The notes beneath the pieces were generated by a model that was given only the letters and a program-made list of their open reading frames with translations, had not been told where the DNA came from and ran no database searches. Both the position numbers and the translations under genes were made by a program. This document shows positions 53,133-63,417 of a stretch of 64,000 nucleotides of DNA, piece by piece. Each line of letters begins with the position of its first letter. The stretch's first letter is position 1. The stretch is from an uncultured Acidobacteriota bacterium. Lineage in GTDB: Bacteria > Acidobacteriota > Terriglobia > UBA7540. The stretch lies in the NCBI GenBank assembly GCA_963804995.1, contig CAWDSK010000003.1, forward strand, positions 384,001 through 448,000. The letters are read 5' to 3'.

Positions 53133-55349
53133 CTACACCGCTTCAATCAGCCTCCGGTAGGGGCCGTCCATCCGGATCATTTCCTCATGGGTGCCGCGCT
53201 GCACCACTTCCCCGCGTTCCAGAACGATAATCTCATCGGCGTCGCGAATGGTGCTGAGACGATGGGCCACAATCAGGCACGTGGCCCCCCGCCGGCGCAG
53301 ACTGTCATCCACGTATTTTTCGCTGTAGGCGTCAAGCGAACTGGTGGCCTCGTTGAGAATAAGAATGCGCGGATCGTTGACGAGCGCGCGGGTGATCTCC
53401 AGGCGTTGCCTCTGCCCACCGCTCAGGTTGCGCCCACCCTCTTCCACCCAGAATTCGTAGCCATTGGGAAGGCTGGTAATCTCATCGTGAATCCCCGCAT
53501 CCTGGGCGGCCTGGACCAGGGACGCATGTTCGACGGTGGCGTCCCACATGGTCAGGTTGTCGCGCAGGGTTCCATCGAACAGAAATATCTCCTGGTCCAC
53601 CATGGCAATGGAATTATTCAGCACGCCACGAGGAATGGTGCGGCGCGGCCGGCCGTCGAATAACACTTCACCCGACCACGGCTGATAAAGCCCGGAAACA
53701 ATTTTCGACACGGTCGACTTGCCGCTTCCCGAGGCGCCCACCAGGGCCACGCGCTGCCCCGGCTTCAGGGTCAAACTGAAATTGGTAATCAGGGGCGGTT
53801 CCAAGCGGCTATAGCCAAACGTCACGTCCCGCAGTTCCAGGTGCCCGGCGAGGCGCTCCTCGACGGCAGGGCTTTGTCCCGCGAGAGTGGCAGGCCCAAC
53901 TTGAGGGTCGGGTTGGTATTGGAGCGTATCGTCCAAGCGGCTGAGGTCGCCCTCAATCTCCTGAGTCTTGCTGCCCAGATTCACCAATTTGTTGACGGGA
54001 TCGATGAAGCTGGTCATCAAACTCTGGAAGGCGATGAGCATGCCCATGGTCAGGAAGCCGTTCATCACGCGCAACCCGCCCAAACCGAGCACGGCGGCGG
54101 TATTGAGACCCGTCAGAAAGGAGGGAATGGCCGAGAGGAACACCGAGGACATTCCAAAGCTTTGTCCGGCATTGACGACTTTGGCCTGGTAACCCCCCCA
54201 GCGGGCAAAGAATTCGGACTCTGACGCAGAGGACTTGAGGGTCTCGATGGTCTGCAAGCCATTCACTGACACGCCCAGCAGGCACCCCTGCTCTTGCAGC
54301 AGGTGGCGGTTCTGGTCCACGCGCCGGCGCTGAACAAATCGCAAGGCCGCGATATTAAGCACCGCTATGAGAATGCCGATGACCGTCAGCAGAGCGTCAT
54401 ACTGAAACAGCAAGGCCCCATAAATCCCGATAAGAAGAATGTTGGCCAGATTCGTGGCCACATCCCCGGAGAGCAGGGTTGCTACCTGGTCGTTGAGTTG
54501 CAGCCGCGAGGCGACTTCGCCGGCGTAACGTTGGGCGAAAAACTCAGTGGGCAATCGCAGCACGTGCCAGAAAAACTTGGCGGAGGATGTCAGTGCCAGC
54601 TTCATCTCCACGTGCATCAAAGAGTCCTGCTGGAGAAGCGTCAGCAGGGCCTTCACGATCGCCGTGACCGTCATGGCCACCAACAACGGGGTCAGCCAAC
54701 TGGTCAGGCCTCCTACCAGAAGGTTATCGACATAGATTTTGAAAAATACGGGAATCACCAGGTTAGGAATGGCCAGGCCCAACGTGGCGAGCACGAGATA
54801 CAGGAGGGCCAAACGGCTTCCCGGAAGGCGCGAGGCCAGCATCTGGAAGACGCTGGGCTTTTCCCCACCCTTCTTAAAAGTGGGTTCCTTCTCGAAAACC
54901 AGGACGACGCCGGTGAAGGACTCATCAAACTCCTCATCGTCCACCCACCGGCGGCCCTCGGCCGGATCGTTGAGATAAACCTTTTTGTCTCCGAAGCCCT
55001 CCACCACCAGAAAGTGGTTGAAGTTCCAGAAGACGATCAGGGGCAGCGGCAACTCGCGCAGTTGCGCGGGTTCCTTCTTGTAGCCTTTGGCTTTCAGGCC
55101 GTAGGTGCGCGCGGCCTTCAGCATGTTGCTGGCTTTGCTGCCGTCGCGCGAGACGCCGCAAGCCACCCGCAATTCCTCCAGGGGAACGATTCGCCCGTGG
55201 TAGGCAAGGATGATCCCCAGCGCGGCGGCCCCGCACTCCACCCCTTCCATCTGCAATACCGTGGGAGTCGTTACCCTGCCACGGCGCAGCAAATGAGCGA
55301 GCGACTTGTGAGCCGGGACCGGTTTGGGATCGATGGCAGTTGTACCCAT
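53133..55349 (-). CDS. NHLP-type C39 peptidase-containing ABC transporter
   Basis: [17 protein letters not shown] (Cys), FNHFLVV (His), [20 protein letters not shown]. Confidence 0.95.
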   Translation of the reverse strand: MGTTAIDPKPVPAHKSLAHLLRRGRVTTPTVLQMEGVECGAAALGIILAYHGRIVPLEELRVACGVSRDGSKASNMLKAARTYGLKAKGYKKEPAQLRELPLPLIVFWNFNHFLVVEGFGDKKVYLNDPAEGRRWVDDEEFDESFTGVVLVFEKEPTFKKGGEKPSVFQMLASRLPGSRLALLYLVLATLGLAIPNLVIPVFFKIYVDNLLVGGLTSWLTPLLVAMTVTAIVKALLTLLQQDSLMHVEMKLALTSSAKFFWHVLRLPTEFFAQRYAGEVASRLQLNDQVATLLSGDVATNLANILLIGIYGALLFQYDALLTVIGILIAVLNIAALRFVQRRRVDQNRHLLQEQGCLLGVSVNGLQTIETLKSSASESEFFARWGGYQAKVVNAGQSFGMSSVFLSAIPSFLTGLNTAAVLGLGGLRVMNGFLTMGMLIAFQSLMTSFIDPVNKLVNLGSKTQEIEGDLSRLDDTLQYQPDPQVGPATLAGQSPAVEERLAGHLELRDVTFGYSRLEPPLITNFSLTLKPGQRVALVGASGSGKSTVSKIVSGLYQPWSGEVLFDGRPRRTIPRGVLNNSIAMVDQEIFLFDGTLRDNLTMWDATVEHASLVQAAQDAGIHDEITSLPNGYEFWVEEGGRNLSGGQRQRLEITRALVNDPRILILNEATSSLDAYSEKYVDDSLRRRGATCLIVAHRLSTIRDADEIIVLERGEVVQRGTHEEMIRMDGPYRRLIEAV

Positions 55350-55401
55350 GGGTTACTCTGGATTTCTTACTGGGCTTTCGCGTTTTTACACGGTTGCTCA
55401 A

Positions 55402-55508
55402 CACCACCCCGGCGCCCGGCGCGCCACCCCTCCTCATCTGAGGAGGGGAGTCCCGTAAGAACTCCCCTCCTGATTCAGGAGGGGTGGCGATCAGAGCGCC
55501 GGGGTGGT
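55402..55508. repeat. Long palindromic element between adaptor and peptidase-ABC genes
   Basis: ACCACCCCGGCGC..CCCCTCCTC..GAGGAGGGGAG / CTCCCCTCCTG..GGAGGGGTGG..GCGCCGGGGTGGT. Confidence 0.7.
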
Positions 55509-55627
55509 TATTCTCTTTACCACCTCCGCCAGGGTGGTTACACGCGGCGGAGTATTCTTCCGCAGCCTCTGAAGCTCAGCAATATGCAGCCAACAACTGC
55601 TTTCCGCCTACTGCCTTCTGCCCTAAG

Positions 55628-56881
55628 TTAACTCAGCCCAAGTTTGCCTTTGAAGAAGGGGAGCAGCAGGCTCACCGGCGGTTGCCGGCGTGTGATCACC
55701 TGCACGGTTGAGAGCGTGCCGCTGCTGATGGTAATCGCCGGGCCCCGGGACGACGACCACTTGAATCCGCTCAAGCTACTGGCATCGCGCTCCAATGTGA
55801 CTCTTACTTCCGTCACGGGGCCGCCCGCCATAATCGAGCGCACTAACGTTTCGTTTTGAAAATTGCGCATCAAGGCGTCGGAGCTGGCGGGAAACTCACC
55901 GACGTAAACCACTTTGCCGCGGATAAAACCAAACTCCTCGCGCTTAACCGTGGAAGGAGATATTTCCGCCTCCATCCCCGGCTGCACGGCCTTGGCTTGA
56001 AGGGAGGGCAGATAAACCAGCACCTCCAGGGTATTCCCCTGAGGCTGGATGCTAAGGATGGGACTGCCCGCAGTAACCAGAGTGCCCGGCACAGCCTTCA
56101 TCTCGATAACCTGGCCCTCGTAGGGACTTACGACGCTGGATTGTATGGCCATCAGGTTTTCCAGGCTCGCCAGGTTCCGCCCCAACTCCGAGATGTGCTC
56201 TTCCGCGTCCTCTTTGAAGTGTTCCGGATCGGTCCGCGCTGCGAATTGATCCGCGTCAATGCGTTTGAGTTTTGCCCGGTCAGTTTCGATTTGACCCTTG
56301 AGCTCAACCAGGTGCTGCTCATCCTGAAGCACCTGCTGCTTCGTAACCAGCCCTTTGGCAAGAAGTTGATTGTCGACCGTGATTTGCTCAGTCGCGATCT
56401 TTACCTGATCTCCGACCTCCTGGATTTCCCGCTCCGTGTTCACCCTGTCACGCGCCAGCGCGTCCACTTGGAGTTGGGCGCCTTTCTGGCGCGACCCGAT
56501 ATTGCGCTGTAGGTCTTCTTTCGCGTCGTCGAGGGCGGCGCGCGCCGTGCGGATTCTTTCCAACATCTGGGGATCCGAAACCCTGGCGACCAACTGATCG
56601 GCTTTTATCCGGTCCCCCAGATTAGCCTTGATGTCTGTCACCAGCCCCGGACCCGAGGTGACGACGTTCAAGACGGTTCCGGCCCGCACGATGACTCCGG
56701 AGCCGCTCACCTTCGTAGCGATGGTCCCCGCATAGCCCCAAACCATGGCGACACCCAGAATGAGAAACATTCCGGCCAGCGCCAGCCATCGCTTCGCCCC
56801 GGTTACCCGCATGATGGTGTCAAGCTGTTCCGGGGAAGACAGCCGCTCAAGGGAAGCTTTTCGGAAGATACTGGTGTCCAT
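55628..56881 (-). CDS. NHLP system secretion adaptor (HlyD family)
   Basis: IFRKASLERLSSPEQLD, STVKREEFG, GFKWSSSRGP, PVSLLLP. Confidence 0.93.
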   Translation of the reverse strand: MDTSIFRKASLERLSSPEQLDTIMRVTGAKRWLALAGMFLILGVAMVWGYAGTIATKVSGSGVIVRAGTVLNVVTSGPGLVTDIKANLGDRIKADQLVARVSDPQMLERIRTARAALDDAKEDLQRNIGSRQKGAQLQVDALARDRVNTEREIQEVGDQVKIATEQITVDNQLLAKGLVTKQQVLQDEQHLVELKGQIETDRAKLKRIDADQFAARTDPEHFKEDAEEHISELGRNLASLENLMAIQSSVVSPYEGQVIEMKAVPGTLVTAGSPILSIQPQGNTLEVLVYLPSLQAKAVQPGMEAEISPSTVKREEFGFIRGKVVYVGEFPASSDALMRNFQNETLVRSIMAGGPVTEVRVTLERDASSLSGFKWSSSRGPAITISSGTLSTVQVITRRQPPVSLLLPFFKGKLGLS

Positions 56882-56887
56882 GTTATT

Positions 56888-58498
56888 TCATTCCTTCCCG
56901 GCCGGCGGTTTGGGAGCAGCCGGAACGGGAACGGTGTAGAAAACCTCGCAATCGACCGATTGCACGGTCTTATCCGGTTCGACGATCGAGCCGGTGGCGA
57001 AGCGCAACTGGGTCAGTGCCAGCGCATAGCCGAGTTCAGCGTTCACCTGGTCTTGCTCCGCTTCCGTCAGCCGGTCCTCCAGCGTCAACACATCCACAAG
57101 CTTCCCCTGACCCAATCGATACCTATCGCGCTCGCCTTCCAGCGCCTTCTGGGAAGCGACCGCAGCCTCCCGCACTCTCTGCAACTGGAGCGCGGCGTTC
57201 CGTACGCCCCCCACGGCTGTCACCACGGAAGCCATGATGGATTCGGACGTTTGGAGGGTGTGAAGTTCCGCCTGGCGAAGGCCGGATTGTGCCAGCATCA
57301 ACGCTCCGGAAGCGGCATTGTTGCGGGGCGGAAAGCGGTAGGTGACGCCTACACCGGCGTCCGGTCCATGCATGGAGCGTCCGGGAGCGCTGAGATAGTC
57401 ACCGAAGCTGCTGCCCAAGTCGATGCTCGAGTACCCCGTGTTCAGGTTCAGATTGAGCTGGGGCAAGAGGCCATTCCTGGCCGGCACGAGCAGGGCTTTT
57501 TGTTCTGTTTCGCGCTTCTTGGCTGCCAGGTAATCCGCGCGGCCCTGGAGCGCCAAGCTGAAGAACTGTTGCAGCGAATGGGCATTCAGAACGGCCAGGG
57601 CATGGCCATCATCGATCGGGAATTCCTCCATTGGCATTCCCACGTCTGCCATCTGGTCGACGGTTAAACCCATGGCCAGGGCAAGTTGCTGGAGTGCCGC
57701 GAGGAGGTTCTGCTCCGCCGCGATGCGCGCCGCTGACCGGGTGGCCAGATTGGCGTTGACCTGATGGATTTCAGCCTGCGCCACACGCCCCGCGTCAATC
57801 AGCGTCTGGACGTTTTCCACGTAAACCTCGCCGCGCGCTTCGGATTCCTGAGCCACCTTCAGGCTTTTCGCTGCGCCCACGGCATTCCAATAGCTGGAAG
57901 CAGTAGTCGACAAGAGGCTGCTGATGTTCTGGTTGAGGTCCAGCAAACTGGCCTCAACCTCGATTCCCGCCGCGGTCTCCGAAGCCGCCACTACGCTGCG
58001 CCCGCGCCCCCGGAGCAGCGGTACGGTCACTTGAAATGCCAGTGTGGAGAGATTGGTGCCCCCCAGGTTGTAGAAGTTGTCCGTGGTCCGGGTGGTCAGG
58101 AGGCTCGGGCTGATCGTCACACCATTGCGGTATTCCTTGCTGGCACCGATGTCCAGAGTCGTCAAGTTGCTGACATCGTTGCTGATCATGAGCCCCACGA
58201 TGCTAGCCTGCCCCCGGTCGTAGAAATTAAGAGGAGTGTTGATGCGATTCTGAGAAAGGGTGGTTTCAAAGACCGTGTCGAATAACCCGGTCGCCTGCCG
58301 GACCGCTGCCCGGCTGGCAACAACTTGCTGTTCCTGAATATGCAGGGCGGGCTGGTTCGCGAGGGTCGATTGCAAAGCCTCCACCAGGCCCAGCGGCTGG
58401 GAAGGAGGTCCGCTGGACTGGCCGAAGGAGCGCAGGCAACAAACTAGTAGAAGGGATCCGACAGCGAGTGCCGACCGCCGGCACTGCAAGCTGTTCAT
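56888..58498 (-). CDS. TolC family outer membrane channel
   Basis: Signal peptide, VPLLRGRG, LLPQLNL, ERDRYRLG; 6 bp from adaptor gene. Confidence 0.88.
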   Translation of the reverse strand: MNSLQCRRSALAVGSLLLVCCLRSFGQSSGPPSQPLGLVEALQSTLANQPALHIQEQQVVASRAAVRQATGLFDTVFETTLSQNRINTPLNFYDRGQASIVGLMISNDVSNLTTLDIGASKEYRNGVTISPSLLTTRTTDNFYNLGGTNLSTLAFQVTVPLLRGRGRSVVAASETAAGIEVEASLLDLNQNISSLLSTTASSYWNAVGAAKSLKVAQESEARGEVYVENVQTLIDAGRVAQAEIHQVNANLATRSAARIAAEQNLLAALQQLALAMGLTVDQMADVGMPMEEFPIDDGHALAVLNAHSLQQFFSLALQGRADYLAAKKRETEQKALLVPARNGLLPQLNLNLNTGYSSIDLGSSFGDYLSAPGRSMHGPDAGVGVTYRFPPRNNAASGALMLAQSGLRQAELHTLQTSESIMASVVTAVGGVRNAALQLQRVREAAVASQKALEGERDRYRLGQGKLVDVLTLEDRLTEAEQDQVNAELGYALALTQLRFATGSIVEPDKTVQSVDCEVFYTVPVPAAPKPPAGKE

Positions 58499-58828
58499 CG
58501 GGGTAATTTTCTCCTGCTGATCTTGGTGGTTATACAGCGACCGCTTATAAGTCCGCTCGGTTTCCTGGGGTGGGGCCGGCTCGCAGCCAACCTCTTTCAG
58601 GCCCACTCATGACGTGGGCTATCATTCCTGCTTCTGTTTTCCTGAGGCCTGAACTACTTTCTACGTTACGCCGCCACAGGCCCAGCTAACGCAAGGTTGT
58701 AGGGGTACGACTTGCCGTACCCTTTAAAATTTAATGGCGCGACAGGACCATTAGGGGACAACCAGCCTGTGGCCCTACCATAAGGCAGCACCTCGTGACA
58801 ATTGTCAAAAATTGGGTGCTACAGCGAG

Positions 58829-58946
58829 CTAGGAGCCTGTCGGAGATAGATTTCGTTGTACGTAGAATTAATAACTTAGCGAGATTCGAGTGTCTGTAAG
58901 TTGTTGATTCTTCGTTGACGAATTATTATTTCCGACACACTCCTAG
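58829..58946. mobile_element. 118-bp palindromic MITE-like element with CTAG ends
   Basis: CTAGGAGCCTGTCGGA...TCCGACACACTCCTAG; inner arms AGAATTAATAACTTA / TAAGTTGTTGATTCT. Confidence 0.65.
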
Positions 58947-58955
58947 CCTCTGTCC

Positions 58956-59084
58956 CTAAAAGAACTTGATCCCGCCGGACGCCTTCTCCAAGTCCTTGTC
59001 CGTGAGCTCGTCCTGCTTGTCCCAGACAGGCTTTGTGGCTTCCTGGTTCGTCTGGATCATCTTTTTTTCTTTCTCTTCTGCCAT
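58956..59084 (-). CDS. Double-glycine leader precursor peptide, 42 aa, predicted core IKFF
   Basis: Not in ORF track; MAEEKEKKMIQTNQEATKPVWDKQDELTDKDLEKASGGIKFF*; AAGAGGAG RBS upstream; heads the C39 export cluster. Confidence 0.85.
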   Translation of the reverse strand: MAEEKEKKMIQTNQEATKPVWDKQDELTDKDLEKASGGIKFF

Positions 59085-59784
59085 CGGGGCTCCTCTTTTT
59101 AGATAGGCTGAAACGATGATGCCACTCAAACTGTAAATGCAAGTATTGTCAGTCTACTTAGCTAACCACCGCTGGAAATACGAACAGCCCCCCCACAATA
59201 TGTCCGAAGTTTAGCACCAGTGGGAGAGGAGTCAAGTCCAAAATTCACATGGAACCGGCAAGTAGTCACGATCCTGCCGATGGCTCGGAATACCCATTCG
59301 TATGGCGAGGCGGCGCAAAGCCTTCGATCTCAAGAATGCCTCTGGAAATCAGTCCCGCGATCATGCAGGCAAACTCGGCGGGGCCCTGAGCAAAAGGTCC
59401 AGAAATTTGTCACAGGGACTTTGCGGTAGAAGGTCAAGAAATTCGTGGGTGAGAGGGTGTATCGCCGGAAAGACATAGTCTTTCGATTTTGGTGAGCCGT
59501 CGGGACTCTTCCACCGAGCAGACAAATCGTCCGTACTCCCAATCTGACCCGATGATGGGAAACTAGCCCCCTGTGTTAGTCATTCCTGTGTTAGTCATTA
59601 GGGTATTGTCAAGGACTGGTTACCTTAAGCTGCTGCTTCGGACGTCAATGTGCCATTGTCCAAAATTAGAACACCTTTCGCTGCGACTTATTTTGCAGGA
59701 TCAATCCAATTTTGCGACAATTATTGGGTTCGCACCCTTTTGCGTGCGGACAAACCGGCTGTACACTAGACACCACGGAGCTTT

Positions 59785-61272
59785 ATGAGCAGGAGGCCAA
59801 CTGTGCGCAACTTATTGAGAACTGTGGTATGGCATGGATTCTGCCCTCGCCTCACCCTCGGCCTTATTTTTGCCGCGTGTCTCGCGCTACCTGAAATGGT
59901 CGTGGCTCAAGCCCCCCCAGCCGCCACCACTCCTGACTTCATAGGTCAGTTAAGCCGCTCGTCGGAGGCGCTGGTCAAGAAGGTGGCGCCGAGCGTCGTC
60001 CAGATCATGGCCATTGGATACGGACCTCTGCAGGAGAGCAGCCAGACTGAGACCGGCCTGGTCATCGGCCGCCAGCGCGCCATCGGTTCGGGAGTAATCG
60101 TTGACCCGGACGGATACATCATGACCAATGCCCACGTGGTTAGTGGCGCCCGGCGCATCCAGGTAGTCATCAACGCGGCTGACGCCGGAGGATCTCCCGC
60201 CCGCGCCTTAGCTTCGCACGGGACCACCCTGGAGGGCCAAATCGTGGGAATCGCCCGCCAGATTGACCTCGCTTTGATCAAGGTCGAGGCGCATGGGCTT
60301 ACGGCGCTGCCCATTGGCGATTATCGGAAGCTCCTGCAAGGCCAAATCGTTTTTGCTTTCGGAAGCCCGGAAGGCTTGCGCAACTCCGTGACCATGGGTT
60401 TGGTGAGCGCCGTGGCTCGCCAGCCCGATCCCGACAACCCGATGATCTACATCCAAACCGATGCGGCGATTAATCCTGGAAACAGCGGCGGACCGTTGGT
60501 GAGTGTTGAAGGTGAATTGGTCGGAATCAATACGTTCATTCTGACGCAGTCCGGCGGCAACCAAGGATTGGGATTCGCGATTCCCAGCGGCCTCGTGGCC
60601 CTTGCCTACCCTCAACTCCGCAAATACGGCCACACCCATCGCAGTCAAATTGGAGTGTCGGTGCAGACCATCACTCCGGCTATGGCCGCTGGCCTGGGTC
60701 TTTCCCGAGACCAAGGTGTCATCGTTTCGGATGTCCTCCCGGGGGGACCCGCGGACGGCGCTGGACTGAAGATCCAGGACATCATCGTGAGCGTGGACGG
60801 TCGCCCCATCGACAGTCTGCCGATGTTTGGCTATTGCTTCTATTTGCATCATCTGAGTGAACCGATGAAGCTTGATGTGCTGCGCGGCTCCACTCCCATG
60901 CATTTTGAAGTGCCGGTCATCGAGCAACCCCACAAGGTCGACCGGCTGATTGATCTGGCCAACCCCGAAAAGAACCTCATCGCGAAGCTGGGCATCCTGG
61001 GCATTGAGGTCAACAAGAGCCTTGCCGATTTGTTGCCGGACCTCCGGCAGTCTTCCGGAGTCATCGTCATCGCGAGGGCCGCGGAGTCAGGCTTTTCCGC
61101 GACTTCCCTCGCTACCGGGGATGTCATCCACGCCATCAATGGCCTGCCCGTGATCAGCCTGGCGTTCTTGCGATCCCAATTGGAAAGCATCAAACCCGAC
61201 GAGCCGGTGGTCCTTCAGATCGAACGCGAGGGCGCCTTCACGTACCTCAGTTTCCAGATGGAAGCACCGTAG
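59785..61272 (+). CDS. HtrA/DegP-like serine protease with two PDZ domains
   Basis: TNAHVV, DLALIKV, QTDAAINPGNSGGPL. Confidence 0.93.
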   Translation: MSRRPTVRNLLRTVVWHGFCPRLTLGLIFAACLALPEMVVAQAPPAATTPDFIGQLSRSSEALVKKVAPSVVQIMAIGYGPLQESSQTETGLVIGRQRAIGSGVIVDPDGYIMTNAHVVSGARRIQVVINAADAGGSPARALASHGTTLEGQIVGIARQIDLALIKVEAHGLTALPIGDYRKLLQGQIVFAFGSPEGLRNSVTMGLVSAVARQPDPDNPMIYIQTDAAINPGNSGGPLVSVEGELVGINTFILTQSGGNQGLGFAIPSGLVALAYPQLRKYGHTHRSQIGVSVQTITPAMAAGLGLSRDQGVIVSDVLPGGPADGAGLKIQDIIVSVDGRPIDSLPMFGYCFYLHHLSEPMKLDVLRGSTPMHFEVPVIEQPHKVDRLIDLANPEKNLIAKLGILGIEVNKSLADLLPDLRQSSGVIVIARAAESGFSATSLATGDVIHAINGLPVISLAFLRSQLESIKPDEPVVLQIEREGAFTYLSFQMEAP

Positions 61273-61351
61273 TATGGGGTGGCTTGCGCCGCTGAAACCA
61301 AATCGGGTAAAGATTCATCTCCATTGCAGGGCGCAAAGTAATGCTGCACAA

Positions 61352-61544
61352 GGTGGTGTCATTTGCTGTGCCACGGGCGTCCGAAGCTGTGAACAAATCC
61401 CATCAAACCTTTCACCGCGGAGACGCGGAGGCGCAGAGGTTTGAAAACAAAGGGTCATTTCTCTGCGTCTCAGCGACTCAGCGGTGAAAATGGTATTTTT
61501 TCACACCTTCTCCCGCCCGTGGCACTTCCTAATGACCCACTACC
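61352..61544. mobile_element. MITE-like GTGGTGTCATTT element with a 128-bp second element nested in its hairpin loop
   Basis: Insert 61383-61510 with IRs GAAGCTGTGAA/TTCACACCTTC flanked by TCC duplication; uninterrupted relative at 63229-63318. Confidence 0.75.
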
Positions 61545-61728
61545 CAGCTTTCCATTGACTTCCTTCGTTGGGCAGTACAGAATCTTCCTGGCAACCCAAA
61601 GTTCATCCTAACCGTATCACCTCCCCACTCGGCCCGTATGGCGCTGGGTGGGCCATGCAGAATCTGTATTGCGCCCGCATCCTTCCGGCGGAGGTCGGGC
61701 AACTTACCTTGAAAAGGAGATTCGAAAT

Positions 61729-62166
61729 ATGGCGACTAAAATCACCGGAACATTTACTGGAAAAATCAGGACCCAGACCGTATCGGCGCTCTTCCACGAG
61801 AACAACCACGCCCTTACCCTGGTCGAAGTGGTAGGGACGCACGCATCCACCGACCCGCTGTGGAACGGGGCGCGGATTACTTACTGGGGCACGGGCGATC
61901 TGGTGAATGGAAGCGGTTCGCAGCACGGCTATTGGTGCAACGAGCATGCCGAGGGCGACCGGGACTGGGGTACCTTCGAGGGCACCCTCAACCTTTCCGG
62001 ACAGCAGGCGAGTATGGAAGGCACGTATAAGATTACGGGCGGAATCGGGAAATTTAAGGGCATTTCCGGCGGAGGCACCTACAAGGGCCACTTCCCCTCC
62101 CCCGCCGACGTTGTCAACAACTGGGATGGTGATTACACCTTCGCTTCAGCCCAGGCCGCACATTAG
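61729..62166 (+). CDS. Hypothetical beta-barrel-like protein
   Basis: AAGGAG RBS; Gly/Thr-rich, YKITGGIGKFKGISGGG motif. Confidence 0.65.
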   Translation: MATKITGTFTGKIRTQTVSALFHENNHALTLVEVVGTHASTDPLWNGARITYWGTGDLVNGSGSQHGYWCNEHAEGDRDWGTFEGTLNLSGQQASMEGTYKITGGIGKFKGISGGGTYKGHFPSPADVVNNWDGDYTFASAQAAH

Positions 62167-62259
62167 ACCAACTCTCGCCTTGCCGGGGCGCCCTTGGGGG
62201 TGCCCTGGGCAGGGCAAGCAAGCCCAGCCCCAACAAAACGTGATTGTCTTCTGCCCAAG

Positions 62260-63219
62260 CTATTCCAGCGGCGAGTCGTGGGCGTTCGCGCTCCGGTCTT
62301 CTTTTATCGAGCGGATCACCTCGGATTGGTCCGTAAAAAAGTTCCGGCAGCCGGACCGCCCAAATTCGACCGGACGCGCCGTCAGAGCGTAGGTGCTGAT
62401 CGTCCCGCCGGCGTCCGGTGGACCTGGATGGTAGCTAAATTCGTATCCTAACTTATGCCCGCGCGCCAACCATTCATCGATTAGATCCGCTGCATTCTCG
62501 GTCGGCGCAGTATTTGCGTGTGGCGGGCCGAGCGCCTCAAGGCTGGCGCTGAATCCCTTGGTGTAAGTGGAAGCGTAAGTGATCTCGGCCGTATTGATCG
62601 AGCGCAAGGATCCGACGGGGGACGCCTCAGCGGCATTCCTTCGCGGATTGGTCAAATTGGGTAAGAAAAACGTGGCGAGAATGACTGCGGTGCCTGCATA
62701 AGCACCGAATCGCAAGATACCCATGAGCAGAGTGCGGGGGTCACCCGCTTCATGAGGTAACGCGTAATACGTCCTGATGGCCAGTGTCACCATCGCGACC
62801 TGAACCAAAACGAAAACCACCGACCAGACGAGAAAAGGTCGGGAAAGGTCCGGCATCGCAATAAAGATTGCCAGCAGCGTCAGCATAAACGCAGCGCACC
62901 CCACGGCCAGAGCAATCGCCAGTCCCTTCTTGATTCTCGCCACTCGCAACTCCCCAAGAATTGCCAAAAACGGTAACGCCAACGGGAGGAATGGCCAGTA
63001 ATCATCCGGCGGACGAATCGAACTTTCTTCACAAAGGTTTCGGGGACCAAAGGCTAAAGACACCAGGAGGGGTGCGGCAATCGCCAGCACGGACAGTATC
63101 GCGGCCGCTCGCACGCCCCATACGCGTGATTGATTCGGATCGACAGGCACTGGGTTAACCTCTTGCGGAGTGATCGAACCGGAATTCTCATCAACGGCGT
63201 CGACCCTGTCAAGAGACAC
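62260..63219 (-). CDS. Multi-TM protein with C-terminal type IV pilin-like domain; start uncertain
   Basis: AEASPVGSLRSINTAEITY, GYEFSY, RNFFTDQSEVIR after several TM helices. Confidence 0.65.
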   Translation of the reverse strand: MSLDRVDAVDENSGSITPQEVNPVPVDPNQSRVWGVRAAAILSVLAIAAPLLVSLAFGPRNLCEESSIRPPDDYWPFLPLALPFLAILGELRVARIKKGLAIALAVGCAAFMLTLLAIFIAMPDLSRPFLVWSVVFVLVQVAMVTLAIRTYYALPHEAGDPRTLLMGILRFGAYAGTAVILATFFLPNLTNPRRNAAEASPVGSLRSINTAEITYASTYTKGFSASLEALGPPHANTAPTENAADLIDEWLARGHKLGYEFSYHPGPPDAGGTISTYALTARPVEFGRSGCRNFFTDQSEVIRSIKEDRSANAHDSPLE

Positions 63220-63228
63220 CGAGTCCGA

Positions 63229-63417
63229 GTAGTGGTGTCATTTGGAAGTGCCACGGGCGTCCCGCCCGTGAAGGGTCACGGCCAAGATGGCCGTGCCACA
63301 CCAAATGACACCACTACCCGAGTCCGGGTGCTGTCCTAATTTCAGTTGGTGCGCCGGTTTCCAGCCCGCCTTCAGCCACCAAGAGGGCGGCTTTATGTTC
63401 AAATCAGGACACCACCC
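63229..63417. mobile_element. Two adjacent MITE-like palindromic elements
   Basis: GTAGTGGTGTCATTTGG...CCAAATGACACCACTAC and GGGTGCTGTCCTAATTT...AAATCAGGACACCACCC. Confidence 0.65.

Noticed and set aside
58876..59142. 88-aa minus ORF from the track
   Set aside because: Wrong frame; the RBS and double-glycine leader lie in the 58956..59084 frame
59290..59345. c-di-GMP-I riboswitch (GCGCAAAGCC)
   Set aside because: Upstream GGCAAACC/GNRA stem and closing helix not found
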